64,000 nt of DNA from Balanoglossus misakiensis (GCA_040954595.2 CM082584.2:13819337-13883336), one strand, 5' to 3'. Shown: positions 14,601-29,500, numbered from the stretch's first letter. Notes: generated by a model not told the origin, from the letters alone. Numbers and translations: made by a program.

Positions 14601-16339
14601 GTACAAGGTACATGTATTTATACACAAATGGACCAGAGAATGGACCAAGTAATTCAGTGCAGGGAAAAAATATATATGTCTATGAAATGTAAATTTTTAT
14701 CTCAGAACATTTTAATCAAAACACTTGTCAATGAAGTATTACAATGATCTAGGTGCTGTTGTATAGTTAATTGTACAATTTCTAACTGTGCATTCATTTC
14801 TGTGACTGATAATTGTTAATTTCTTGTCTGCACAACTGTAATTTGTAATTTTCATGATTTTGTCCTATCACTAATTGTGTTGTTCACTTTCAAAGCTTAT
14901 CGCAGTATTTGGTTCTGTATAAGTTAATGATGAATGTTAATTATAAGCACCCATTTCATCCTTAAAAAAACTTGATTTCTTCGTGGTGTTATAAATCCAG
15001 ATCCTGTGTAAATAAAGCCAAAATGTTGATTTTTGTAAACTATAATTTATTTTACTTTACTTTACCTGTGGTTTAGAAGCCATGAATGTTCTTCTTACAT
15101 GAGAGACAGAGAACACGTTTTTACAATAAAAAAGTGAGTTTCAATTTATACGTAGACAGCTGGCCATGTTTTAGGGTAGTTGTAGACCAAATTTGATGAT
15201 TTTTTTCTTGTAACAGTTCCATTTTTTTCACAAACCATTTTCTGCCTGTGTGTGGAAAAAGGCCACACAAACCCCTGGACTTTGTTTTGTCATGAGTTCT
15301 TTTCTTTCAGATCATATCGCTTTTTATTATGTTGCTTTTTTGAATGTGTATTTTTGAATTTTATTGTGTGCAGTTGGTTATCAGTGACTTCAGTTTGAAC
15401 TAATGAGAGAAGTTGTGATGTCATGCTGGTGTAAATTAATTATGAACGACTTCACCAACTTTGGTAGTTTTTCTTCTACAATGTGTCAGTTTCCATGGCA
15501 TCACATTAACCAGCTAGGTCTGGGTATATATATACCCAGTGGGTAAGTGGAGCCTTTAAAATAGGTGGACTTTCTTTTTGACATGAACTTGACCGAACAC
15601 ATTCATTTCCCACAGTAGAAGAAACTTTTTTTCTTTCAATTGACAGTAATCACTTTTGTGGTTTGTAGCTGTTTTATTTTATTTTATTTTTTCCGTATGA
15701 AATCAGAAGAATCATGAAATGTGATCTTTGCTGATATGTTATTGCCAATCTTAATGAAATAAATGGATAAATCAGTTTACAGGCAACTTTTGCTGTGTCA
15801 CATCTCTTTCTGTGCAGTATTGTCTGTTATCAGAGCAGAGCTGGAAGAACATCATAAAACGACAATATTTCAGACTACCTGTATTTTTAAATCTGCTGTC
15901 ACTTATTGTCAATACACTCATTGGGAATCTCAGAGACGTGCTACATTCACTGCATACTGAAAGTTAAAAAAAAGGCCACTCCTGAAATGCCACACTCTTT
16001 TGCGACAACTACATATGAAAGATTTTAAAACTCCTAAATGCATGTACAAGAAATCTACATACCATACCTTAACAGGTACAGAAAATTCGAAATGATTCAT
16101 TGAGGAAACGCATCACATGAAGACATTCAGTTCATATCTGGGTACAAAATGAAAATGTTTGAAATTGTCAATGGCACTTTTTCATAATAAAGACCCCCAC
16201 AGTCCATCCCCTTTTGCAAGCTTTCTTGCAACTTATAGAAATATAAATGTGTACTGCTCAGAAATTAGACATTTATATCTTTAAAATTGCAAACAGTATC
16301 TGAGTGCGTGTCTTATTTCTTGACGAGTATTTTTACGAA

Positions 16340-17276
16340 CTCAGCGTATGAGGGCGCCTAATACCATGACTGCATGATATTTATACGAGACAAATCGAGG
16401 GTCGCGTTAGCCCGGAGACCAGGGCGTCGAAAAGATCGACCAAACGGTGCTTCTCCCTTGCCAAACGGTTGAGGGCGCGTCAGTGAAGAGCCTTGTAGCG
16501 AATCGTGGGCTGTGAGAGAGTCTTAAGGTTGATCCCTGACATCATTTCAGTACGTTTATTGTGCAAAGCGAAAATCCATGATTAATTGACTGAGTAAATT
16601 GTATATAACCGACTTTGGATCACAGTCACTGTCATGTCTTTCAGTTGGGTGACGTACGTCGTGTCGGGACCATTAGAGTGATTCGGCAAACTTTCCTGGT
16701 AAAAGGAAATAATTATTTTACGAAGTCATCTGTCGATACACAAAGCTACACACGACAATGTTTATGACAGCCACAGACAAAGAGAGAAACTGTGTGCAAT
16801 GCGCGTATTTCGTGCCATTTCCCTATCCGTGTCAAAGGTAGTCTCGGTTACCCAGACGCCTTTGCTTCTTCCGATGCTCTCCAGAAAAGGAGCATCGGAA
16901 GAGCAAAGGCGTCTGGGTAACCGAGACTATGTCAAAGGTAGTCTCGGTTACCCAGACACCTTTGCTTCTTCCGATGCTCTCCAGAAAAGGAGCATCGGAA
17001 GAAGCAAAGGCGTCTGGGTAACCGAGACTATGTCAAAGGTTAAATGGGTGTTGTTCCAGACATGCGTACTAATGCGACATCCGGGCGTGTGTGTATTGAT
17101 GAATGGTGAGGGCATGACAAAATATAAAAATTAATGGTTTACAACATCATTTCCGTGAAAACAGCGCATCTTATTTTCGTAAAGAACTGTCGAAAGAAGG
17201 GCCGGAGTTGTGACTGGACATTTGGTATCAGAAAATTCACAGCAGACGAAGGAAATAGTGGCGGCTATTTTTTCAG
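16340..17276 (+). promoter_or_regulatory. Probable Dab promoter / non-coding first exon
   Basis: Local rise in CpG relative to the flanks; candidate donor TTTCAG|GTAAAA at 17277; lies between the LAP 3' region and the first Dab coding exon. Confidence 0.45.
16839..17030. mobile_element. Two tandem palindromic MITEs (16839-16929, 16939-17030) with TAG...CTA ends and 9-bp TSD
   Basis: TAGTCTCGGTTACCCAGACGCCTTTGCT...AGCAAAGGCGTCTGGGTAACCGAGACTA present twice; TGTCAAAGG at 16830-16838, 16930-16938 and 17031-17039. Confidence 0.88.
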
Positions 17277-18606
17277 GTAAAACATCGCTGGGATGACACC
17301 ACGTACCAGACACTGTCACTAGACTACACACTGTACTATGTACTACTGTTTACATGATAGACGCGGGTGTGTTTGTGCGGTGGTATAAACTTGTGTGTTA
17401 CTGTTTGGCTGAATATGAATAAATGATAAAAAACGTACAGTCATAACTTAGTTGCTATGCTTAGATTTTTTGTCACAGTCAGTGCCAGTACAGTGTTAGA
17501 CGTGTGCGCGTGCAGTTGTGAACTGTTCAGGGTTCTAACCACAGTCGAGCTCGTGCCTTGGTTTGTGTGTCAGTTTGCCGTCGAACACATGAAGCCAAGG
17601 CAAAACCTCGAACTACTGAACTGCAGGTAGGTTCTAACCTGCGAATGACATATTGATTTGCTCGGCTCCCTATGCATGCTATGGCCGAATCAGATATGGT
17701 ACCGAACGCAGGCTGGTTTATAAATTATATAGGATGACCTTAGTCTGGAACGCTATTCGTCTAAAATAAAAAAATGTTCGCTTGTCCGGCATTTGCACGC
17801 GTGTGAGACCAACTCTGTGACTTAATATTCATTGGCCTTGACATTTATAACCTGTATCGTACTATAATTCACTTTTGAGACAAAACCACTAATACTGACG
17901 AACTCTAGGTTTCTGCATTGTTGTTTTGCATTATGGTGGGCAGGGTGCTATGCCATGTCACCTCTCGAATTTTTCTCACTTTTTCTTGATCACCTTTGTG
18001 GTAGGTGTCCATACACATGGAGATAACAAGGATACACAGAGTTAAGACATGTTGAGAATTTCCTGACAAGGGTGTAGAGACTATGGACTGATTTAATCGT
18101 GGGGGACACGCCCCCTAAAATTTAGTACTGACTGGTGTCAATTTGATCCTGAGATTGATTTTACAGATAAGCAGAGCACATAGATCACAATTCACACAAC
18201 ACTACCCCTGCCAGACATGTGTCAATGTCTTTCTGTAATCAAAATTAAAAAAAAAAATAACTGATGAAATCCAAAATGGTCACTGTTTCAGTCTGTGTAC
18301 ACCCTACATAATCAGTACATGTATTTACTCAGCTAATGTCCAGAATTGACCTATGGTGTCATACAGAGGTTTATAATAAACTTTATTACTGAGGACAGGG
18401 GATCCTGCTTAAACTTAAGTGCATAAATGATTTGGCTAGGTTCTAAAAGCCATGATAGCTGTTGAGAATTTTATTGTTTGTGATCTGTCTATGCATGTTT
18501 TGATTGTCAGTTACTGGTCCTATTGTTGTTGACCCACAAACATTTCTGCTGCATGATTTGTTACCAGAAACCTGTTATGCTCTGCTTTATTGCTACCATG
18601 ACTTAA

Positions 18607-18792
18607 AGGTATACAGTCACCTCCAATTTACATACGACCATATATGGCTGAAATGGCGTATTTGAGTGTTCTAAAGAACATTATGGTAACGCTCTTATTT
18701 TCGCGTGTGCCACCCACTGAAATTCTGTGATTGGCTAGATCTCCATTTGCCATGGCAACTGTAGCTAATTTTCCATAGGTGACCGTATACCT
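18607..18792. mobile_element. TTAA-flanked MITE (Kolobok-like ends)
   Basis: TTAA|AGGTATACAGTCACCT...AGGTGACCGTATACCT|TTAA; 16-bp TIR with one mismatch. Confidence 0.78.
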
Positions 18793-21240
18793 TTAAGTGT
18801 GCATCTCGAACGACACTTTCACTTATGCTTCATCCAAGTGAAATGCATGAAGACCCAGATGTTATCTGAATGATAAAATGCCGAAATGTCATACATGCCC
18901 GTCAAGAAATACATATGCCGTTAACATATGTGTAGTCGCAGAATGGGTATTGTTGACAGAATCTGATCAAGACATTTTCATCTTGAAACTTGGACAAAGG
19001 TATGCGAAGGAAGTCTGTGTGGGGGCAGCTGTGTAAGCAGTTCAGGATGACTAGGCTCTGAATCACAAGGGATACTTTAGATTATATGAACCTAAACTGG
19101 AATCAAATGAGTTACTTGTTACTTGAAAATTCAACTTTGATGATGTTTGAGTAAATGTATATGTCTGTGAACTAACCAAAGAATTCAGATTAGAATCGGC
19201 TGGTGTGGCTGTATTTTAACATAGCCAGGGTGTCTGGTGTACCTGTAAGAAAAACTGATATTTTTGGTTTGACCATGATGCAACATAATCAAGAACGATA
19301 GTACCCCTCTTGTGTATTAAAGCAATGCATATGCATTGTGTTGGGATGTTTGTCTGTGTGAGGTTCATTTGGTATGCTGAACGAATACTGGCTATAAAAA
19401 CAGTATCAGCATTTATGCTATAAATGCACATATACAACAGAGTTCATTCCAGTCTTGCATCCTATTGGTTACATTATAACCAATACATATGTAGAATGTG
19501 GCATTGCAATGTCACGAGAGCCAAAATGCAAAATTTATGAAAAATAAAAATCCACAAGAGCAATATGGACCATTTGAACTGTAGCTACTTTGTAAACAGC
19601 CTGGAAAATGTATCATCCAAGGAGTTTCAGACAGTTTGGAGGACCGTCTGGTCGTTTGGAGGCTGAAATCATAGTAAAGCTTCCACCTGGAAAGTACATG
19701 TAAGTGACTGTTGGGTCTCTTGCAGTACAATGCATTGATAATGCATGCATTTTATTATCATTGACCTAGGGAATTGCCAGCAACCTGTTGCAAAGGGTTG
19801 CAAACTCTGCAATTTAATGAAATTCAGTGATGTAAAACTTCTAGTACAATGTTTTTTTGGGAAAAAATCCTGACGGAGTGTACTACATTACGATGAACAG
19901 AGGGCAGTCATGCCCTGATTACCATTGACGGTAATTTGCTACTGTTCCAAGTCAATCATTGGCATTATTATATCACCTATAAAGAAAATCTACTGATAAA
20001 CTGACGGCAGGAATTGTGTCATTGCAGTTTGGTTGTGAGCTTTTGAGTCATATATCTCTAGTGTTGAGTGCAAATAACTGTAAGTGATACATGTATGAAA
20101 ACTGTTGTGAGAGAATTTCTTCACTGGTTATGTTAGTGAGTTCCTGTCTATGAACTGGCTGGGAGAACAACAGTGTTCAAGTTTTTAAAGATATTGCAAC
20201 AACATATGGTTATACATTACCTACTACATGTACTAACTCTGTACCTTTATCTCAGTGGAGTATAGCTGTTCACCCTTAGTACATGAGAAGGGCTGTGTGT
20301 TGTGTGTTGACACATGTAATTCACTGTTTCTATATTTTAGAGTGCAAAAGTCCTTTTCAAATCTACCGATCATATTGTCTAAATGTGTGTTTGGAGATTT
20401 ATGGAATTGTTGGTTTGGATTAATGATTGATAATGTGGGCGTTGCCAAGACTGTCCTTGAACTGGTGAATATAGAGAAAGAAGAAAAGAAAAAAAGTAAC
20501 TCAGCCTAACTAGGTTGACAGGTTGACGACAGCTGATCAGACATAATACGTGTACTGCTAGGTTCATGTTATAAGTTTGGTGGGTTTCCATGGCAAACTT
20601 TGTCCATATGAAACGGTAGAAATGTTTGTTCAGTGAAATAAATTAGGCATTTTAGATTCACATTTCTGCCATTTTGAAACTAGACTTTACTATTCCTTTG
20701 ATATAAACTGCTTCCACAAAAATGAAAAAATTATACTGGTAGTTCCTGGAAAAATGCACAGCTTAATTTGACTTCAGCGAGAGTGAGACATCTTCAATAG
20801 TTGTCTAATTTCCCAGAATCCATGTGTATATAGTGTACAAAATCAGATTCATCATAGAAACACTGTAACTTGAATTTTTGACTGGAAATTAATTTTACCT
20901 AGTTTGTTAAGACTTCAAAATAGCACACAGTAATACTTAAGATTTTCGAAATAAATTTATGTTCAAATAATACAGAATCCTTCACTTCATTATTGTGCTA
21001 TGTGCAGGAATGTTTGCCAGCTTATATAAAACATATTTGTAAAAATTCATGAGATGTCATATTCATGTGTTATTTATTATGTGTACCACTTGATGTAACA
21101 TGTCACATTGTCCAGCAACCTTTGTGTTTGAATTTCCAACATCCTAAGGGGCGTGGAGTCTATTTTGAGATTTGCTTTACGGACTACTTAACTGATCAAG
21201 GGTCGTTTCTGTTACAGGTTTTTTTTTCTTCTCCTGACAG

Positions 21241-21289
21241 TTCTCTGCTTGTTCCAGGTGGCACAGCCCCTCTCTGCATGCTTCAGCAT
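21241..21289 (+). other. Candidate 49-nt 5'UTR exon of Dab
   Basis: Strong acceptor ttttttcttctcctgacag and donor CAT|gtaagt; no in-frame link to the CDS. Confidence 0.4.
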
Positions 21290-23508
21290 GTAAGTTTAAA
21301 CTTGCTTTTCTTTTATATTATTTTGTTAGCTTTTTTAATAACATTAGTCTCCTTGTTTTTTATTTCATTCCTTGTTTTAACTTCCTGACCCACCCCCTGT
21401 TGTGTAACTCCAGTGACTACTAGATCAGAAATTTTAATCTGCTACTGTTATCTCTTTCAATCTCCTACGATTTTGCTCATTTCTCCTAATGTTCTCTCAC
21501 TTTTGCATGCTTATATGGTTTCTGTTATGTCTATCTTACTTAATTTTAGCCAGGATTTATTTTCCCATTCCTTTTGGTTCCATTTGGAACTGCCTTCTAT
21601 GTTTTATTCCCTCAGGTTTAAAGTGTAATTAAGGGGGTGGGTCAGTCCATGGGTACGTGTAGACGCTGTGCGTGTGACCAAACCTGTCCATTTACACCCA
21701 CTGTGGTGATAAATGCCTGAGCTTTTACTGTGCAAATACCATTATAATTCATCGGTGGTGGGGAATTTTTCAAGTCCATTTCTCACAGTTGCGTTGTCAT
21801 TCATCTGTCTCTAAGGTGGAACATTGTCCAATTTTAGTACCCACCACAACATCCTAAGTTCACATTTGTACACACCTTTGTCAGTTCCATTTAATGAACA
21901 GCTGTCATCTTTGGTAACTTGCAAACAGTGGCAAATTGCCACCTTCATTTCATTCCACTGATCACACATCAGTGAGTGAGTGATCAAGTGAAATAGTGAA
22001 TGCATGAATGGATGAATACATGTGGGTGTCATCATGAATAGAAGTTGAATCAACATAAAATGCATCAGAACTGCTGAACCGAAAATGAATATCATCATGA
22101 TGCCGAAACATACAACAAAATATTGTTTGCTGCATTACATGTTCAATAATGAGAAATAATTCTGAATATTGACTGTGAGACACTTTGATATGTACATGTA
22201 CATGTTTATGTGTACGCATCAAATGCAAAATTTAATGTAATGTGATTTTGTGTCTTTGTCTGCTTTTTGTTCACATATGTACATGTACATGGTGTAGGGC
22301 ATCAGCTGGCAGCCAAAAAAAAAAATGCTGTGTGAATTCCAATGCAGTCATGGTATTCTGATTATAACTGGGATGGTACAAGGCTCATTCATACTGATCA
22401 CCAAAGTTATTGAAATACAGAATGTGTCTCCCTCTGATTATTTGAAAGGATTCGAGTGAAATCAATACATGTTTTAAAGTGAAGACTCTTACATGAATGA
22501 ATATATGTAGTGTGATATTTTTTGTTATTTGTTTTGTGTGCTCTGAATGATCCAAAAATACTTCACTTCATAGAGGGTCATATTCCTATACAAAAGGAGG
22601 TGGCATACATTTCAAAATATCAGAAGCGGTAATTACCACAAATGAATCATTCATGTTCATGCTGTCATTGCAATTCAGGGTATGTTGCACACCGCTGGTC
22701 CAGTACTAGGTAAATGGCTATCAATATTAATGATGCTTTTCATCAATTTCTGTCTGGGGTTCATACCACCCTGTGTTGTATTGTTGTTTTAGAATGTATG
22801 GGCGTGATTCTAGTATGCGTTTCACATCCACATTGTCATACATGTATTATAATAAGCCCTTTGAGAAGAAGTCCATATGTCTTGCCATACAGAGCACACC
22901 TACATGTATTATCCTGAGTTTATTAGTACCCATATACATATACAATGTACTTAAATTTCGTTTTTTTTTCTCCTTTATGCTGTGTATTAATAGTAACAAC
23001 ATCTTTGATATCCGGGTGGGAACCCCACTGAGTGTTTGCCTGGCACGGATTGCTCAGATGCTACCAAATCATTGCGATGAATAGAAAATAATTTCAAACA
23101 TTACCATTTTGTACCTAACCATTATTCATACAGAGCAGTATGTGCCACGCATACATGTTCACAGTTGTGTGAACAGAGGAATTGCAGTGTTGTCCTGGAC
23201 TGCTTTTCACCATGGCAGCACACAATTCATATACGTGAAACCCAGCTCTGCCATCCTGGCTTGAATTACAGCCAGCAAGCTTTTCGTGGAAAACTTAATA
23301 CGACAGAGTGATGATCAGATATCAATTAATCATACTTTGATTTGTTATTTACCCCGGTATTAATTTTGTCCCTGTGTTAATCATCAACAAGAATTGGCTC
23401 ATTTGATCGATGTGTCTGACACTCTGACTCTGTTCTTGTACCTGGTCTTCATCTTTTTTATCATCTTTCCTCAATTTATAGGCAGGTTTGCAGTTGAATT
23501 GATGCTGA

Positions 23509-26500
23509 ATGTTGAATGTCAAACAGTTAGAAAACAAGTTGATGAACAGTCCTGTTGACGACAAGACTGCGAAAAAGATGTCGGCCAAAAAATCCAAGAA
23601 AGGTAAGAGAGAGAAAGAGAGAAGGGGGAGGGAGGGAGAGAGATTGGAAAGAGAGTGTCTTCTTACAGGATGCCTGAATTGCTGTGTGAATCATAAACAT
23701 TCCAAAGAAATCAATATTACCGTTCCTGCTCAATTCTCAACTGGATTTTTTCCTAAAAGTTTGATTCTACTGCATATTTGTTCTGCATTCTCACCATGAA
23801 ATCAATGAAGTGAGAAAAAGGGCGTCTGAGGAGTTTCTAGTTTTAGCCAGGACATTTTACTGCTCCATGTCAAGATGGGGGTTGACTTCCGGAGTGATTG
23901 TGGCATAGCAGGAACTCCATTGCAATAATATTCATTGAATAAATAACTAGATAGGAACCTTTATAAGCATTTAACAATGAGCAGGTGTTGACGTTTGACT
24001 GTTGGGTGGTATGAGTATCTGCCTATCTGTTCCAAAAGTGAATGTTGGTTGTGGTACATGTAACATGATAGAAGTGAGTTTGACTTGAAAAGGATTGTAT
24101 GTAGCGACTCTAAGTCTAACATCACTGGAATACGTACATGTATATTTTTTTGTTTCATGTCTTTGTTGTTTGTTGTGTTGTGTTGTTGTAATATTGTGAT
24201 CTCGTAGTTTTCACCATATTTGGTTGCCAAAAGTTTACCACTGACTCAAAACAAGTTTGCATGTCACATGTGAAAATAATGCATATTAATATACCACTTT
24301 TTGTGACAAGCACAATAGCAAACTCTCAAACAGTCAAATGTAACAGTAATACAGAAACCTCTTTGGTTGGTTTCTGAAAAATAGTTAATGATATTGCAAT
24401 TGTTTTGTCAATAGACTTAGTAATGAAAATTTGTTCTTATAGTGTCTGCTTTTTCTTGAGAATTTAAAACAAATGTGTACTTCCTGCCAGCATGTGTCTC
24501 CTGCAAGTGTTCTTGTTAAAATGTTTTGCAAATTGTTTTTCTCTTGATCGGCTTACTTTCTGCCTTAAAAAGTGAACTTTTTTGTGCATAATGTTGGAGC
24601 ATACGCTCAAACTAACACCTCAGCTTCACTGTTCTTTGCATGTTTTTGCAGCTAATCTGACCATGCTCACTAAAGGTAAGAAATACAAGACATCTGAACT
24701 TGGTGCCAGCTTTGCAGTGGCTTGTTCAATCGCAGAAACCCTACATCTCAGCCACCCTTTTTTAAAAGCACATTCCTAGCATGTCCATCTGTCGTGTTCA
24801 TGTAAACTTCCATTCTGGTGATCTCAGGGTGGCCTGCTACACGTATGTTTTGCACACGGTGTATAAATCTTTGTCAAATGCGGAAATGGCTGTTTCCTAC
24901 TGTGTCGTATAATATTATGGCATGCACAGGGGCTTGATATTTGGGAGAGTATGTGAAAAGCGTGTTAGACTTTGACCTGAAGTCTACAATGTATGTCTAA
25001 CTGTAAACATAAACTGGGAAAACAGAAATCTGGCTGCCACGGCTTCTGCATTTCTTCAAAGCTGCAGGAGAAACCAAACAGTTCATGCTGGCAAAGTAAC
25101 TTTTATGATTTTCATGTGAATTATTGATGTGAACATAGTTGCAGCATGCTGCGGTGATTTGAACCAAGAACAACTTACTAGAGAAGTACTCTCATCTCTC
25201 ATACTTGAACCACTGTCATCTCCCTTTAAAAGCATCAACTCATAGACTTTGACATCTAGCATCAATTAAAATGTGTCATCTCAAGACAAGATATATATTA
25301 TAGTGTAGTAAACTGCATACCTTTAAGATAATCATAAATGAAACAGATTCAAAGAATACAAGACTTTGATGTTCTCAGCAAAGTGCTCTGCAATTCATCA
25401 CAAACATTATTGACAGTCCTAAAAGTAATTTCAAAGTTTGCACAAAGCAGTTAATTTTAATTGCCCATGCCATGATACAGGGTATCTCCACATCTTATTA
25501 ACAGTACTCTCTTCTTACAACAGAGCAGAGAGACTACCTGCGTCAGCAGAGGTTCAAAGGAGAGGGCGTCCTCTTCAAATCCAAACTCATCGGCATAGAA
25601 ACCGTCTCTGAGGCGAGGGGAGACAGGATGTGCCAAGAGTCCATGCAGAGGTTAAAGGTCAGTACATGTAGTTTGGTCACTGCATGTAAATTTTACTCAA
25701 GAAATAAAAAGCAAGAAATTCAATAATTTCATTGACCAGTTGAATAGAATTTTGGGTGAACGGATGTGTTCAGTGATGCTTGCTGTCACAAAGTTATTTT
25801 ATAAGTGTCGAAGAAAATGGCATTTGAAAAATCCTGATGTATCTGGTTGCGATCTTTCTTTCACCATCATTCTGTGATGTACATGTACGTGTATATGCCA
25901 ATTGGTACATACATCTACACTGATTTAAATACTTAGTACACTGATTTTAATAATTACATTGATGTTCCGCACACATTTATTGTTCTTACAATGTAATTTA
26001 GGTTGTGAGTTCCTGCTAGATAATCACATCGTCATTTTTTTTCTACTGCAGGCCCAAGCCAAAAGTGCTGGCGAACACAAGCAAAGGATTACACTTAGCA
26101 TCACACTGACTGGCATCAAAATTATTGATGAAAAATCAGGGGTGAGTAAAATGTCATCTTTCATACTTGTTTTTATTTTAATTTGATAATGTGATATTTT
26201 CATTGTTATCTAGATTGTGTTTTCTGAAGAAATAAACAAGAATCTTGGTAATTAGAGTGTAAAGTCTTGAAACCGGCAAAAATTGTGCCCAGGTCTATGG
26301 TCAGAAAACAATAACCGGAAGTTGTATGTCCTAACATGCTGTGTACATATATTTATACAATTTAACATAGACTTACCAACTCGGCTGATCGCTAAATACA
26401 TGTGTATTCTCCCTCTCCCCAGAGTTTACTACACTCACACCCAGTCCATCAGATTTCATTCATTTCCCGGGATCCCTCAGACAGCAGAGCATTTGGCTAT

Positions 26501-29500
26501 GTCTTTGGCGTGGAGGGAAGTCACAGATTCTTCGCAATCAAAACAGAACGTGCTGTAGGTATTTCACTTGGAATGTGATATAAATTATGACACTATAGGC
26601 ATCATTAATATAGGGTTATTCACAAATTGCAGCCTTGTATGGACGGGGGCTCTGTGAGTGGAGTATTTGATGAGCCCCCTGCTCGTCCAGTACACCATTC
26701 TGAGTCAGACTGCAAAGTACTTAGTAACTGCCCTATCCTATTATTTGCATATTTGAATTTAGCAATGCATTGCTTCTACATAAGTAATATACAAACGGCT
26801 GCACATGTACAAGGGATATAACTCCTATTTCATAATACATGAGTTACGCTCCTCTTGCACTGGGCCATCGATCGACATGAAAATTAGCAAATAAAATGTC
26901 TGAATTCCTAAATGTTCTGGCCATTCTCTTTCAGGCTGAGAATGTAGTTCTGACACTCAAAGACCTCTTCCAAGCAGTCTTTGACTTGAAAACCAAGGAG
27001 ATGGAGGAAGCCAAAAAACAACAAACTCAACAGAACTATCAAACAGAAGAATCGAAAAGTCCCACTGTACTCTACTTGAAACCCATGTACGATGACGATG
27101 TCGATCCACCTGAGAGTTCAACAGAGCCCACTGATCCAACCCCAGGAGAGCATACTTACCAGGTGGTTATATTATATTTCTTTCTGTGACCCATTCCATT
27201 CCACCCACTCTTTTTTGGCATGTCCCTGCTGTTCTTGTTGGTACAGTTGAAACCGACCCCGACCCTCACCCATACAGCAGAGTGGGGCAAAAGGAGTACC
27301 AAAACATCTTACTGTAAAATGCCTTTTAAAGCTATGGCTTGAATAAAAAAAAACTTTTCAAAGAATTATGCATTTATGGTAATAATTTTTATCACCATGT
27401 ATTTCAGGTGCCTCCATCAGAACCTCGACCAGCAGAAAATGGTTTAAATGTGGTGGGAAATATCTATGAGGAACCTTCAGAGATCAGGTTACCACCAGCA
27501 GCTCCACAGGTAAGGAAGATCATGAGATGTCATCCATGATTTGTGGCTGTGTCCTCAGCCAGTCTTGAATGTACATTTTTTGAGATCAGTATTAACTTTA
27601 CGAACCACGTCAAGAAAGTAGTTTTATAAGCTCCTGAAAATTCATAAATTTTGAACCATTCTGGTAATTTTTATTTGCATGTTGCCTTTAAGAAAACATG
27701 GTGATACTTTGAGAATTTTTTTCTCATATTCCAGTCATCTGGCAATCTGGTGGATCTAGAAAATGAATTGAAAAACATTCAGATGGTAAGTTGGTTCTGA
27801 CAAAACTTAAATGTCGCTGTGAACTTGGACTTTTATTTTCATTTTTGGCATCACTGTGTGTCCACGTGTTCCAGCTGTCAAGTTTGTTTGATGTTGAATT
27901 TTAGAGTAAAGAAACAATGTCATGAAAGGCCAACAATCCCTGACTTTTAGATTCCTTCATGATTCTGCTTTTATACTAAAATTAGTTCATGTAACTGTAT
28001 TTACTTACTTACTTACTGAGGGGTACCGGTACATGTATGTATATCTACTGCATATGTGAATTTGAACTAATAACAATTGTATGTCACACTGAAATATGGT
28101 AGCCTCCATGCAAAGATACAAAAGGAGGTAGAAATGGTGTATGTACGAACTGGAATGTTCACAGACACAACCTAATGTAACGTAATGTGTTGCGGTGTAC
28201 ACTTTGTAGGGCATTGATGCCATGGAAGCCTTTGGAGGTGATCCGTTCTCAGGAGGAACCTCTTCACCATCGCCATCGCCCTCAGGCAACAAAACCCCAA
28301 ATCCATTTGAGCCGTCAGACCCTTTCAACACGGGCCTGACTAAATCGACCAGCAATGATCTGTTCTCAACTGGATCGGTAAGTGGACAGATGGAGATGTC
28401 TGATGGAGATTTTAAGAGTGCCATACTTTTTGTGGAAAGACCGTCACAAAGAGATATGAATATCACTGATTTATGCCAGAAATGATGCAGAATTGAATTG
28501 CTTGGTTAACATATGCAGCCAGTAATGACAGTTTGATTAATCAACTCTGAAAAAATATACGCAAGACAGCATTCAATTTATGATCATCTCTGGTACAGTA
28601 GTTTCTCACTCTGTTTGATTACAGGAAAGTTCATTCGGGTCGCCCACACCTAGTCAGCCAACCATCATAACATCGTCGGGGGGTGACCTGTTTGATCCGT
28701 TTCAGTCTCAACCAGGAACTGGCAGACAGCAACAGCAAGCTTTCACTGCAGACTTCGGTCAACCAGCCGCGCAACAGCAGCCAGGATTCGGTCAGATGAT
28801 GAACGCTCCAGCAACGCAGGGCATGGGGCAGACAAGCGGTCTTTTCGACACTGCTACACCACCCATGAGGAACAGTCCCTTTGCCTCTTCCAACCCAGGT
28901 TCAATGGCTGCCAGTATGAACGTGGCATTCAACACCCCGAGCAGCAGCGCCTTTGGTGCAGCTGGCATGCCTGTGTCTACAAACACCGCCGTGACCAGGC
29001 CACCTCCACAGAACCCGCCTCCGCCAAAACCAGATCCGTTTAGCGACTTGGACATGCTGGGGAAATCCAGCGCCAACGGCAGCGACCCCTTTTCCAGACT
29101 CGGGGCTCCACCATCCAGGAGACCACCACCCGTGCCAACAGCAACAGGTGGGGCCGCCCCTCCCATGCCACCAAGGACTAACCTTGGACAGCCGCTGACA
29201 GCACCAACCACAGGGCCATCAGCTGATCTCTTTGCATCTGATCTGACGAATCCCGGTAATAGTAATAGTAACGATAGCGACTTTAATTTGCCATCGCCGA
29301 GTGTGCCACCACCTCCATTACCACCTAGGAACAATGTAACGAATCCCAGCCCATCGTTAGATAATGAACCCATTAGAGACATGACACCTCCACTTCCACC
29401 AAGATCATCAGAGGCTCATGGGGCTAAGGACGCATTCAGTAATCCCATACCCATACCACCAAGGACTCATACACCCAAGTCAAACACACCATCTAGTTCA

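Noticed and set aside
19018-19075. tRNA/SINE-like start (GGGGGCAGCTGTG...)
   Set aside because: No B-box or cloverleaf could be built
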